Part shown: positions 26,941-37,352 of the stretch, in pieces | Layout: every line of letters begins with the position of its first letter | How positions within the stretch are numbered: the stretch's first letter is position 1 | Source: Takakia lepidozioides | Taxonomy: Eukaryota > Plantae > Bryophyta | Direction of reading: 5' to 3' | Assembly: GCA_030704615.1 (NCBI GenBank) | Contig: CM060732.1 | Location: 45,942,001-46,006,000, forward strand | Length of the DNA stretch: 64,000 nt | Notes under the pieces: generated by a model | What the model saw: only the letters and a program-made list of their open reading frames with translations | Told to the model about the DNA's origin: nothing | Databases searched by the model: none | Translations under genes and position numbers: made by a program

Positions 26941-27166
26941 ACGCTTAGGGAATTCCAAAAAGGCCTTGATGTGAAATGCATGGCAATTCACTTGATCACC
27001 CCCTAAAAGTGCGCAACTCAAATGAATTGCAAGGGCAATTCAATTGAACTAACCCTAATTTGCAATTCAATTGAATTGCTGACTACAATTCAATTGAATT
27101 GCGCACTTTTAGGGGGGTGATCAAGTGAATTGCCATGCATTTCACATCAAGGCCTTCCCTAAACGT
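26941..27166. mobile_element. Near-perfect inverted repeat / MITE
   Basis: aaggccttgatgtgaaatgcatggcaattcacttgatcaccccctaaaagtgcgcaa is mirrored at ~27098-27156, with outer arms acgcttagggaa/ttccctaaacgt. Core contains caattcaattgaattg repeats. Confidence 0.85.
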
Positions 27167-27717
27167 GCACATGACACACAAGTCTGGTCCAAGCGGTCCA
27201 ATTTCGACAAACCCTGGAGCTCTTACGCTCTAGCATGTTTGGAAGTCCAAGTATAATTTACCTCTCTCACTGGCAACAACTCCTCAAATGTATTTATGTA
27301 GTCCACTTACTAACGGAGAGTGCGAAAGCGTAAAGCGTGGGGGTTTTGGTTTTTGGTTTCAGTTCTATGCAGATGCACTGAAGACAAACCCCATATCTCA
27401 TTCTAAAACATGACTCCACATGGAGTGGAGAGGTATCATATGCAGCTGGTACACAGAGAAATACACTTGCTAGTCTTATGAGCTCCTCCGTGGGTAGATC
27501 TCCTGACCCGTGGTTTTTGCGTGAAGGTGAAAATGATATCAATTGGCGGTACCGAAAGAACCACAGTTCAAAGATCAAGGCGCATCTTAGTTTCGAGGCT
27601 CTTGGTAGAAAGCTAGTTTTTTCTAGTGCTAGTACGGTAGCACATACGTATATGGCAGTCTGAAGTCTGAAGCAAGCTGTCCCTCTCCACAGTCTAGCTC
27701 ATGGCTCTTGAGCAAGG

Positions 27718-30687
27718 ATGTACCTAAAGCCTCTAGAGACACACCACCCAGCTGCCAATGCATTCTGCTCGGTACACTCGTTCACATCATGCAGGGCGGA
27801 GGAGTTTCAGTTCTGGAAGAAGACCCATGTGTTTGTTGGGCTTCAGACTGGGGGCGACGTTGGCATGATTCTTGGCACGGCCATCACCACTACTCCACAT
27901 GGAGGGCCACGAGAAAGGCGTAACTGGGAGCAAACCAACATGGGGACCTGCGAATTTGATGGGAATTTGAACCCGTTCTGCCAGGTGGAAGGATTGAAGG
28001 ATGCAGTGCACATGCTGGATCTCATGGAACAACGAGGCTTTCGGGCGTACTCAGAGACTTGCGCCCATCTTTTGCAGGAGTGTGGTAAGACGAATTCCCT
28101 GGCAGTTGGCAAGGGCGTCCATGCCCACATGATTGGAAGTGGATTTGAGCCAGACCTCTTCCTGGGAAACACCCTTGTCAGCATGTATGTGAAATGTGGG
28201 AGTATTATGGATGCCCGCCGAGTGTTCAGCAAAATACCCAAACGGAATGTGATCTCATGGACTGCGATGATTTCAGGACTTGCTCAGAGAGGGCATCATG
28301 CTGAGGCATTTAAATTTTTAGAGGACATGCAACGGGAAGGCGTCAAGCCGAACAAGGTCACTTTCATTAGCATCCTCAATGCATGTGTGGGTTTAGCAGG
28401 TCTCGAAAAAGGAAAGTGGCTCCATGAGTGCATTATCAAATCTGAAATGGAGTCAGACGTCCGAGTGGGGAGTGCCCTTGTCAGCATGTACTGCAAGTGC
28501 GGATCTGCGGGGGATGCCCGCCGTGTGTTCGATGAAGTGCCTGAACGAGACGTCATCTCCTGGAATGCGATGATTGCAGGATTGGCTCAGGAAGGGCAAG
28601 GTGCAGATGCGTTTGAACTCTTTGAGCAAATGCAACGAGAAGGTGTGAAGCCAAACAAGATCACTTTCATTAGCGTCCTTAATGCATGTGTTATCCCAGC
28701 AGATTTGAAACAGGGCAAGTGGGTCCACGCGGGCATCTTCAAAGCTGGGTTTGAATCAGATGTCAAAGTGGGGAATGCCCTGCTTAGCATGTATTGCAGG
28801 TGCAGAAGTTTGGTGGATGCACGCCAAATATTCCAGAAAATGCCCCAGCGAAATGTTGTCTCATGGACTGCGCTTATTGCAGGATTAGCTCAGCAAGAGC
28901 ATGGTGCAGAGGCATTTGAACTATTTCAGCAAATGCAACGGGAAGGAGTGAAGCCAAACAAGGTGACTTTTATTAGCATCCTCAATACATGTGCCATCCC
29001 AGCAGCCCTGGAACAGGGCAAGTGCCTCCGAGCCGGGATCATCAAAGCTGGATTTGAGTCAGATGCTCAAGTGGGGACTGCCCTTGTAAGCATGTACTGT
29101 AAATGCGGGAGTGTAGTAGATGCACGTCAGATATTCAATGGAATGCTTCAAAGAGATGTCGTCTCATGGAATGCGATAATTGCAGGTTTTGCTCAGCAAG
29201 GGCATAGTGAAGAAGCTTTTAAACTATTTGAGCAAATGCAACATGAAGGCATTGTGCCAAATGTGATCACGTTCATGAGCATCCTCACCGCATGTGCAAG
29301 TCCAATATTTATGGAACAGGGACAGCAGCTTCATGCAGACATCATCAAAGCTGGGTTTGAGTCAGATGTGCTAGTGGGGAGTGCCTTGGTAAACATGTAT
29401 TGCAAATGTGGGAGTCCGGTGAATGCACAGCAAGTATTTTTCAGAATGCCTCAACAAAATGTATTATCATGGAATGCGATGATTGCAGGATTTGCCCAGC
29501 ATGGCTATGGTGAGGAGGCTTTCAAAACCTTTAGGCAAATGCAACAAGCTGGCATCAAGCCTGACAAGGTCACTTTTCTTAGCATCCTGGAGGCGTGCAC
29601 CAGTCTAGCTGCCCTGGAAGAGGGCAAGTGGGTTCATGGTCACATCATGAGATTTGGAGCTGAGTCAGACATTTGTGTGGCGACTGCCCTTGTTGACATG
29701 TATGCCAAGTGTGGGAGCATGGGGGATGCGGGACAAGTGTTTAACAAATTGCCAGAACATGATGTGGTCTCTTGGAATGCACTGATTTTTGGATATGCCC
29801 AGCAAGGGCATGGTAAGGAGGTCCTCCATCTTCTTGAACAAATGCAAAGGGAAGGTGTGAAGCCAAATGAGATCACATTTATTAGTGTTCTCTCTGCATG
29901 CAACCATGGTGGCCTAGTGAATGAAGGCCATCATTTCTTTCTTTCTATGAGTCGAGATCACGGCATCACCCCAACAGAGAAACACTTTGGTTGTATGGTT
30001 GGCCTTCTTGGCCGTGCAGGGCACTTTGATGACGCAGAGGACCTCATCAACAAAATGCCATTCAAACCCGGCACTTCGGTCTGGGGGGCATTGCTTGGCG
30101 CCTGCAGAATCCATGGAAATGTGGAGGTTGCTGAACGGGCTGCAGAACATCTCCTTCAGTTGGAACCGCAAGACGCAGGAGTATATGTGCTGCTCTCAAA
30201 CATCTATGCTGCAGCTGGCAATTGGGATGCTGTATCACAGGTGAGGCATGTGATGAAGGCCAGAGGTGTGAAAAAGGAGCCAGGTCGCAGCTGGATTGAG
30301 GTGAAGAACAAGGTACATGTATTTGTTGTGGGAGATAGATCACACCCACAAACAGACGCAATCTATGCCGAGTTGGACAGATTGTCTCTGCATATGAAGG
30401 AGGCAGGATATACGCCCGATACCAGTGTTGTGTTGCGTGATGTGGATGAGGATAGAAAGGAACAGGTTCTCTGCCAGCACAGTGAAAAGCTGGCCATTGC
30501 TTTTGGTCTCATCAGCATGCCCCCTGGGACACCTATCCGCATAATAAAAAATCTCCGGGTATGTGGTGATTGCCACACCGCTACTAAGTTCATCTCCAAG
30601 ATAGTTCAGCGAGTAATTGTTGCTAGGGATGCCAGCCGCTTTCATCACTTCAAGAATGGAGTCTGTTCCTGTGGAGATTATTGGTGA
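27718..30687 (+). CDS. PLS-class PPR protein with E1/E2 and DYW:PG cytidine deaminase domain (organellar C-to-U RNA editing factor), 989 aa
   Basis: Six L-S-P triplets (the last P is P2) plus L2-S2, E1/E2, PG box PGRSWIE, HSEKLA and CGDC zinc ligands, terminal CSCGDYW. Single uninterrupted ORF. Confidence 0.97.
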   Translation: MYLKPLETHHPAANAFCSVHSFTSCRAEEFQFWKKTHVFVGLQTGGDVGMILGTAITTTPHGGPRERRNWEQTNMGTCEFDGNLNPFCQVEGLKDAVHMLDLMEQRGFRAYSETCAHLLQECGKTNSLAVGKGVHAHMIGSGFEPDLFLGNTLVSMYVKCGSIMDARRVFSKIPKRNVISWTAMISGLAQRGHHAEAFKFLEDMQREGVKPNKVTFISILNACVGLAGLEKGKWLHECIIKSEMESDVRVGSALVSMYCKCGSAGDARRVFDEVPERDVISWNAMIAGLAQEGQGADAFELFEQMQREGVKPNKITFISVLNACVIPADLKQGKWVHAGIFKAGFESDVKVGNALLSMYCRCRSLVDARQIFQKMPQRNVVSWTALIAGLAQQEHGAEAFELFQQMQREGVKPNKVTFISILNTCAIPAALEQGKCLRAGIIKAGFESDAQVGTALVSMYCKCGSVVDARQIFNGMLQRDVVSWNAIIAGFAQQGHSEEAFKLFEQMQHEGIVPNVITFMSILTACASPIFMEQGQQLHADIIKAGFESDVLVGSALVNMYCKCGSPVNAQQVFFRMPQQNVLSWNAMIAGFAQHGYGEEAFKTFRQMQQAGIKPDKVTFLSILEACTSLAALEEGKWVHGHIMRFGAESDICVATALVDMYAKCGSMGDAGQVFNKLPEHDVVSWNALIFGYAQQGHGKEVLHLLEQMQREGVKPNEITFISVLSACNHGGLVNEGHHFFLSMSRDHGITPTEKHFGCMVGLLGRAGHFDDAEDLINKMPFKPGTSVWGALLGACRIHGNVEVAERAAEHLLQLEPQDAGVYVLLSNIYAAAGNWDAVSQVRHVMKARGVKKEPGRSWIEVKNKVHVFVVGDRSHPQTDAIYAELDRLSLHMKEAGYTPDTSVVLRDVDEDRKEQVLCQHSEKLAIAFGLISMPPGTPIRIIKNLRVCGDCHTATKFISKIVQRVIVARDASRFHHFKNGVCSCGDYW

Positions 30688-31409
30688 TGATAACTGCCAT
30701 TCAAGCAGGAAACATAAGCTGTCAAAACAATGGTAAGGGCCCCAACCTTCTCACAGGAGTCCAATCTGTAAGATTGGAGTTGTCCGAAAATTGAGGTCCT
30801 CTTGGTTGATCTCTTATGTCATTTTCTCAACTTGCAGTGCAACCAGTCACATCTGGGTTGAATTAGAGCGCTGCTGGAACCACCTCATGCTTTCAGTATG
30901 ATGTCAATGCCAGCATGCAAGTCGGGACTTCATTCCAATCCTTGGCTGTGCAGACTCGTGCTATGGCTGAGTGCCATGTATCACGGTGGGCTGAAAACCC
31001 AGGCTCAGTTGGAGGTTTAGTACTAATATGAGAAGCCTAAATTAAACAGCACTCAATTACCTCTAATGGGATGAGTGCTATCTCAAGTCACATCTAACCT
31101 GGTGGGGCAAAAGCCCACCATCCGCACTAGGAGGGTGTTGCAATACAAAAACATCTTAGAGAAGAAACTTATCATACTCTAAATATTCTGTCAACATCTG
31201 CAAGGACAACCACGTTCTGTTGCTTGCATCGTTGTCCATAAAACTGGACTGACTTCTAGAGCTCTGAGTAGGTTGACAACTAAGCTATTATGTCTGCATT
31301 TCCATGTCCACAAAGATTGTCGCTATGGATTCCCTGAATAACATTGTCATTGACTGGATACATCGTCTGCATTGTCAAACATTTGTCTCGTCAATTCTGG
31401 CAGAAGCAG

Positions 31410-31860
31410 CACCTCGAGTGTCTTGGAGATGGAGTCCTTGATTCCCTGTCATACATATCATATACGCATCCTGAGCTGGAAGACTTCAGCTTATCAGCTT
31501 TGGTGTCTGTAATGCACACAAGTATGAATGCTTATATCATAAGATTTCGGAGGAAAATTCTGCCTTGCATCAAAGCTGAGGTGCAGTTCTTGTTTAGTGC
31601 TCAGTATCTTGCTCTAACTTCCTGATTGCAGGTGCTGGGAGGTGTAGTGGAAAGCATAGCTGGGGCTATTCTGGTGGATTCCTGCTTCAATTTGGAAACT
31701 GTCATGAAGCCACAACTAGAGACTCTGACTCTGCACCCACTTTGCAAGCGTCAGGAGCTGTGCAATCTGAAAGAATTTGAGTTCCACTGGCTTGTCAGAG
31801 AGGATGGCAACATGACAATGGCTACAGCTAAGGTAATAGCTCTTCAAACTGGAAATTCAG
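31410..31860 (+). pseudogene. Dicer-like/RNase III remnant (RNase IIIb plus start of dsRBD)
   Basis: HLECLGDGVLD (consensus RLEFLGDAVLD), then KAE|gt...ttgcag|VLGGVVESIAGAILVDS, then LHP...QELC. Catalytic motifs are degenerate and there are internal deletions. Confidence 0.75.
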
Positions 31861-33189
31861 TTGTAAATGTCCTGCTTGAACATGTTTCTGCCCTGAATAC
31901 TCAGGGAGGTTATCTTTCTCATCAGTGGTCAGCTGTGGCTTGCTGCAAGCTTGTCAACTGGAGGCAGCATCTTACCGATGGGCTGAGCTAGTAATTTTCC
32001 ACAACTGTGTGTGACAATCAGTGAACATCGACAAATTGGTGTACTCTTATGGGTTGGAAAGAACACCAGTATTTCATTAGTATCATCAGTCACCTCACCA
32101 TCTATCATTTTTGGATCTATCGTCAGTCCAGAGGGCATTATGACTCCTTGATTTGTAGCAAATGAAGACTCACAGTATTCAAGGTTAGAGTACCATAAGC
32201 TTTCTCACATGCTCCAACCCAGGTCAGGCCCAAAAAAATCACCTAAAAATGGTCACTGCACCTGGCAGTGAGCGTTTATAATGTACCCAAGACGTCTTTT
32301 GCTTGTGTCTTTACTTGGAAGGAAAACATTTAGCAATTGAAGTGTTCATTTGAAATGCACTGATGAACTCTTATGCCATTATCCAGGTCAATACTTGGGA
32401 CGACTCCATAGTCGGGCCTTAATGCAAGATTAAAGACGGCACAGAAGGGAAGTCCTAGCAAAAGCTGGAGGTGAATATTGTGGGGTTCTTTTGACCAACC
32501 CATGCCACCCATATTTACAATATTTGTGCAAAAAGGTACTACAGGTTTTGGTAATTGACTGCGAGACAACACCGCAGAGGACGTGCATGTATGTGATGCC
32601 TTGACGTGCAGGGAGTAGGTTGAGTCTTAATGGAAATAGTTGGTACAGGAGATGTCTCTCTCTACCATTTTTTGTTTTACTGTGTCCAATGCTCCCTTGT
32701 TGCCCTGTTTGGACATGATAAAGTTTCTTTCTTTCTTTGTCAAATCATACCAATATCTGGGTCTGGTTATCCACTCTCCCAAATTCCAGTTTGCATCAAC
32801 TGCCCTGGACAGGTTGACGAAGGGCAAGGCTGCCTCGTATGTTCCTTCAGGTTTCTCCTCTCTGTACCCTGTCACTTGGGGTGAAATTTGTCTCGAGTAC
32901 AGAAACTGTCTGAAAGAGAACCTTTAGTGAGGCCTGGGCCTTATTGGGTGACCCTGACTGCACTTGCGCTTTCGCCTCATCAACCAATTTTGCTCCACTT
33001 AGGTACTGTTGTCACCCTGTTATGAAAGGGGATGGGGGAGTGCAAGTATCAATCAGGTCTGAAGTAACTGATTTGATGAAGTTGTTGCTGCAGGACAATT
33101 AGAAACTTGTCAGCTATCACTTGCCTGTGGGTGTGGATGTTCTGAAGGTTTCTTGCAGCAGATTGTTGTGTGTGTTTCTCACATTTGTC

Positions 33190-34340
33190 TTGGTCTTTGT
33201 GCCTCCGCCTTCAAGCCAAATGCAAACAGATACATCTGCGCCACCCCCCAACCAAAAAGTGGCTATTTGACAGCGTTGTCACCCCGGCTGCCACGTATGG
33301 TTGTGAGTTCTGGGCACCTGGTGTCGCGGTTTCCTGGTGGGAAAAAATCTGGAACCGTTGCAGTCATCTTTTCTCCATGCAATGCTTGGCGCCAGAGGCA
33401 CAACTCCATCTCACATCCTATGTGCAGAGTTTGCATGTGTGCCAATCAAACCTGGGCACCTGGTGTCGCGGTTTCCTGGTGGGAAAAAATCTGGAACCGT
33501 TGCAGTCATCTTTTCTCCATGCAATGCTTGGCGCCAGAGGCACAACTCCATCTCACATCCTATGTGCAGAGTTTGCATGTGTGCCAATCAAACCAAGGCC
33601 CTCGTCCTGCTTGCAATCTTTCTTAAAAGGTTACAAGCCCTTCCACCCAAGGGGCTCGTGGCAAGAGCCCCCGTAACATCTATTAGGCTCAAAACAGCAG
33701 GCTTCAAGCACTCCTGGTATGCTCAAGTGTGCAGTTTTTTTGTGCGCAATTGACTCTCTATTGCTTCGCTATTGCCAGAAAATCCCGAAGGGGTGGAAAT
33801 CACATCCAAACAGGATCACAACGGACTCGTTAGAAGGGAACTTATGGAACTGCATGTCAGGAGAACTAGGAAGCTACCCAATGTCACAACAAAACTCCAT
33901 TTCTATTGACAGACATTCTTGGATTCTGTGATGATAGAACCTTGCGGTCCAATTACCTTTCGGCGCCTTTATCTCCTTCCATCCGGAGGGCATTGGGGTG
34001 GTTCAGGTGGGTTCCCACAATCTACAGATAGAGACTGGCAGATGGGAAACCTGCAAGGGGAGGACCACCTATGCCCAGCTTGCACAGGGCGCAACCACGA
34101 AATTGGAACTGAAGAACACTTCTTTTATTGTCCTCTATATTTTCAGATTTGTGGGAGATTCCACTGTCCATTCAGTGGAACTCAATCTCTCACTTAAGTC
34201 CTCCACTATGAGGATGAGCAGTAGTTGCTTTTGGGCTGTTTTTTGGCTCTGATTTTGTTTCCTCTCTCTTGTTTTTCCCATTTCGTCCCACAAGCTCTTT
34301 GAGCTTTCCGCGGAAGTTATAAAGTACCATTTCATTTCTC
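33190..34340 (+). mobile_element. RTEX-like LINE 3' fragment with (ATTTC)n tail
   Basis: KKWLFDSVVTPAATYGCEFW, LG.RGTTPS.IL.AEF, GSHNLQIETGRW, CPAC...EEHFF.CPLY. Ends aaagtaccatttcatttc. Confidence 0.75.
33310..33593. repeat. Perfect 142-bp tandem duplication inside the RTEX fragment
   Basis: ctgggcacctggtgtcgcgg...gccaatcaaac occurs at 33310-33451 and 33452-33593. Confidence 0.9.
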
Positions 34341-36184
34341 TCTCTGGTGTACTGGTAGGTACGAACCCCACGAAAGGCTCCCGGGGTGTTAGTTGCCTGT
34401 GGGGAGAGCGGGAGCGGGTAACAAGAGGGGGAACAGTAGTTTTAGAGAGGAAGGCTGTAAGAGAAGGGGGCAAAGACCCTACTGCAACCAAGACAGTAGA
34501 CAGTGACTTGGGATTGCCAAAGACACCAGCACCTACAAATAGCAGCAGCCAAGAGAAAGGTCGAGTTCCAGGAAGATGCTCGCCATGCAATTGCGAAGAG
34601 TGCAAACTATTTCTGATTGAGATGGGCATCATTCCAGCTGAATGACTAAATACTTTACTTTCCAGCTCTGGCCGGGGGTTAGAGTGTTATATTACTTTCC
34701 CTGAGACCCCTGGGAGCTACCATATACAAAGTTGGGGAGAGAATTTCTCACATGCAGGAGCATACTGGTTAGGATTAATTTCCAGGAACCCCCTCATTGG
34801 CCCCATTATGGCCCAGGACTTCCCAGAAGCAAACAAATACAATGTGAGTGGTGCAATCTTCCACCTGGTGCGGACTATGCTCAAAGGTTTGTGCGGTTCT
34901 GTCAATTGCAGCTACTACCATGGAAGGCTTGTATCTGCCCACTTGCAAAGAGTCCTATACATTTTCCAAAGCCTGAATGATGAAATGACAAAAGAGGTCA
35001 CTATATGTTTGGAAGAACATGGACCAGATTGATACCAAAATATAGGGAATAAATGAAATGGACACATGAAGCAACCTGTCCGAAAAATATAGTGAGCCAA
35101 GAAGTGGGCATGATCATTGCATGGCGGAGGGAGGTCATGAGTAGAATGAGTCCTGCCAACAACAAATATATACTACAAAACGGACATATTGACATGGGCA
35201 ACACTCACTGAGTCGCTTCTTGGGTGGTGGTCTTCTTGCAGCGGCGATGGTGGTGACAATCTGCCCATCTTCCTGCACTCAGTCACCTGCAACAGTGACT
35301 GTAGCTTTCTTGGGTCCCTTTCTGTTGCGGAATCTATTTCGCACGGGATGAAGATCGGAGGATTGTTGGAGGCAGGGCGTGCGCAGAGGCGAGCACCCAT
35401 CGCCTGATCTTGTGTTCAGCTTGCTCTCGAAGCAGGTTGGCAAAAGCAAATTGTATGCATCCAGTCAAGCAATTCGGCAGCATGCTCACTCTAGGGGGAA
35501 GGTGATGGCTTGCAATGCCACTCCATTCTTCCCGCCTTTGGGAAGGTGGCTGCTCGCCGTTCCTCTATAGTTGCGTTTCCTATCGACCCCGTGTCGTCCG
35601 TGTTCTTGTTGTCTTCCGCTAGTTTTTGGACCTCTTCCTTATGGGAGGCGGGTCGGCTCCTTCTTTCGTTGTTTCCTTTCAAATGTTGATCCTTCTCTGT
35701 GCTTCCCTTCCATGTTTTGACAATCCTTCAAGAAAGTACATTGTCTGCGATCCAGTCTTTTAAAGGAGTTTCCCTCGTATCTTTGGCGAATGAGACGAAA
35801 CTGAAGGCAGCCCTGCCTTGACCACAGTTGAAAGCTGTTGACCAAGCGGATCAGGATCCAAATGTAGATACCGCATTGGATTTATTTAGTGCCCTTCTCT
35901 GCGCCTGCGTACGACTTTCTCGAGAAATTATTTCCTGAAGGAGTGGTTAATTCTCGTGCAATTTGACCTTGGTCGTCTTGTTTGGCTGTAGGTGGGATGA
36001 TGACTCAGTTCTTGGATACTCGTGTTGATGTTTTCGAGGATAAACTGGATACAAGCACTCACAAACAGGAATATCATGTGGATGTGCAGATATGTCGATC
36101 AAGTGCTTTCAGTTTTCACCTCCTGTTTAACAGCTTTGATAGTCTGGTTCGAAGTGGCCACTCAAATATTGATGAACTTCAGGT

Positions 36185-36300
36185 AGGGAAATGAAATGAA
36201 ATGAAACGAAATGGTACTTTCTTACGTCCGCGGAAAGCTCAGTCGGAGAGAGTCGGTTTTGTCCGCGCTTGGGGTGGGAGATAAATGGGCTCCGGCAGCT
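36185..36300 (-). mobile_element. Short 3' end of the same RTEX-like family
   Basis: Minus strand gagctttccgcggacgtaagaaagtaccatttcgtttcatttcatttc matches 34301-34340. Confidence 0.6.
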
Positions 36301-37352
36301 CGAAGTCCAGCTCCGGACCTTCTGATGCTTTGATACCCAAGGTCAGCTGTTCAACGAGATTGTCTGCTCCACACACACACACACTCTCTCTCTCTCTCTT
36401 GAGTACAACTGATGGAATTGATAGGCTTTTCCTGTTATTCTATGTGGTCCTGTAGGACCTGTGGTCCCTGTGGACACATCCAGTCTGTTTTTTTCTCTCC
36501 CTGCAGCGATTCTGTGTTATTCTAATCTGTAGACCTCCCTGGCCAATATGATGATCAATTATTATTATCTTAGCACTGAGCAGCTGCGACTGTTTGTTTC
36601 AAGCCAAGGTGCTATAACTCATAGAAAGAGACATTCTCAACTTGGATAGTGTTTGAAGTGCCTTACAGAGTTTTGCTGGTGCTTTGTATCCAGTGGTACG
36701 TAAACTTGGACACCCAATGTTCCAAGTCCTTCTTCAGCAAACAAATACGGTAAGGAGAGATCTCCACTTTGATCTATATATGTGTGCCTTCTTCATGTGT
36801 GCAAACATGTAGTCCGTATTCTATAACACTCTGGTATGGCACAGTCTTGCAGTGTATGCTTTGAAATTGTGTTTTCTCTATCATTTGTGCTTTGGCAAGA
36901 CATTGATGAATGTGGACAATCTTGATATTTGAAGAGACAGAAAGAAAGTGTGAAGATGTAATGTAGTTGATATGATGTAATTAGGTGCCCTCCTTCAAGT
37001 GACAGCATCCGAGCTCCATCAGATAGAAACTGTTTGGGTATCGATTGAGCATTGTCCAACAAATTTTGCTGCATGCGTGAGCCACTGAACAGAGCATTAT
37101 GTGCAGTAGTGCTGTCGGGGTTGTATCATTTCATTTCCTTTGTTTAAAAGGATTGTTGTTCGTTAGATCATCACCGAGCCAGCCTTCTTATTCTTTGTTG
37201 GACCGACAAACCGTGGTTCTGCAGTTTCTTGACACCTCCGGCTCCATGGGACTGAGAGGTGCACAGTGACTCATAAAGGTGGTCCAGTTCAAGATTCTGT
37301 TGAGCCTCGATCTTTCTTGCTCGAATGAACGCCGACATATAAACGAAAAGCG

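Noticed and set aside
27787-30648. Numerous antisense and alternative-frame ORFs over the PPR gene (also over the cyclophilin and NXPE-like genes)
   Set aside because: Shadow ORFs of the real coding strand.
30270-30687. U-to-C (DYW:KP) type editing domain
   Set aside because: PG box, HSEKLA and terminal DYW are the canonical C-to-U signature.
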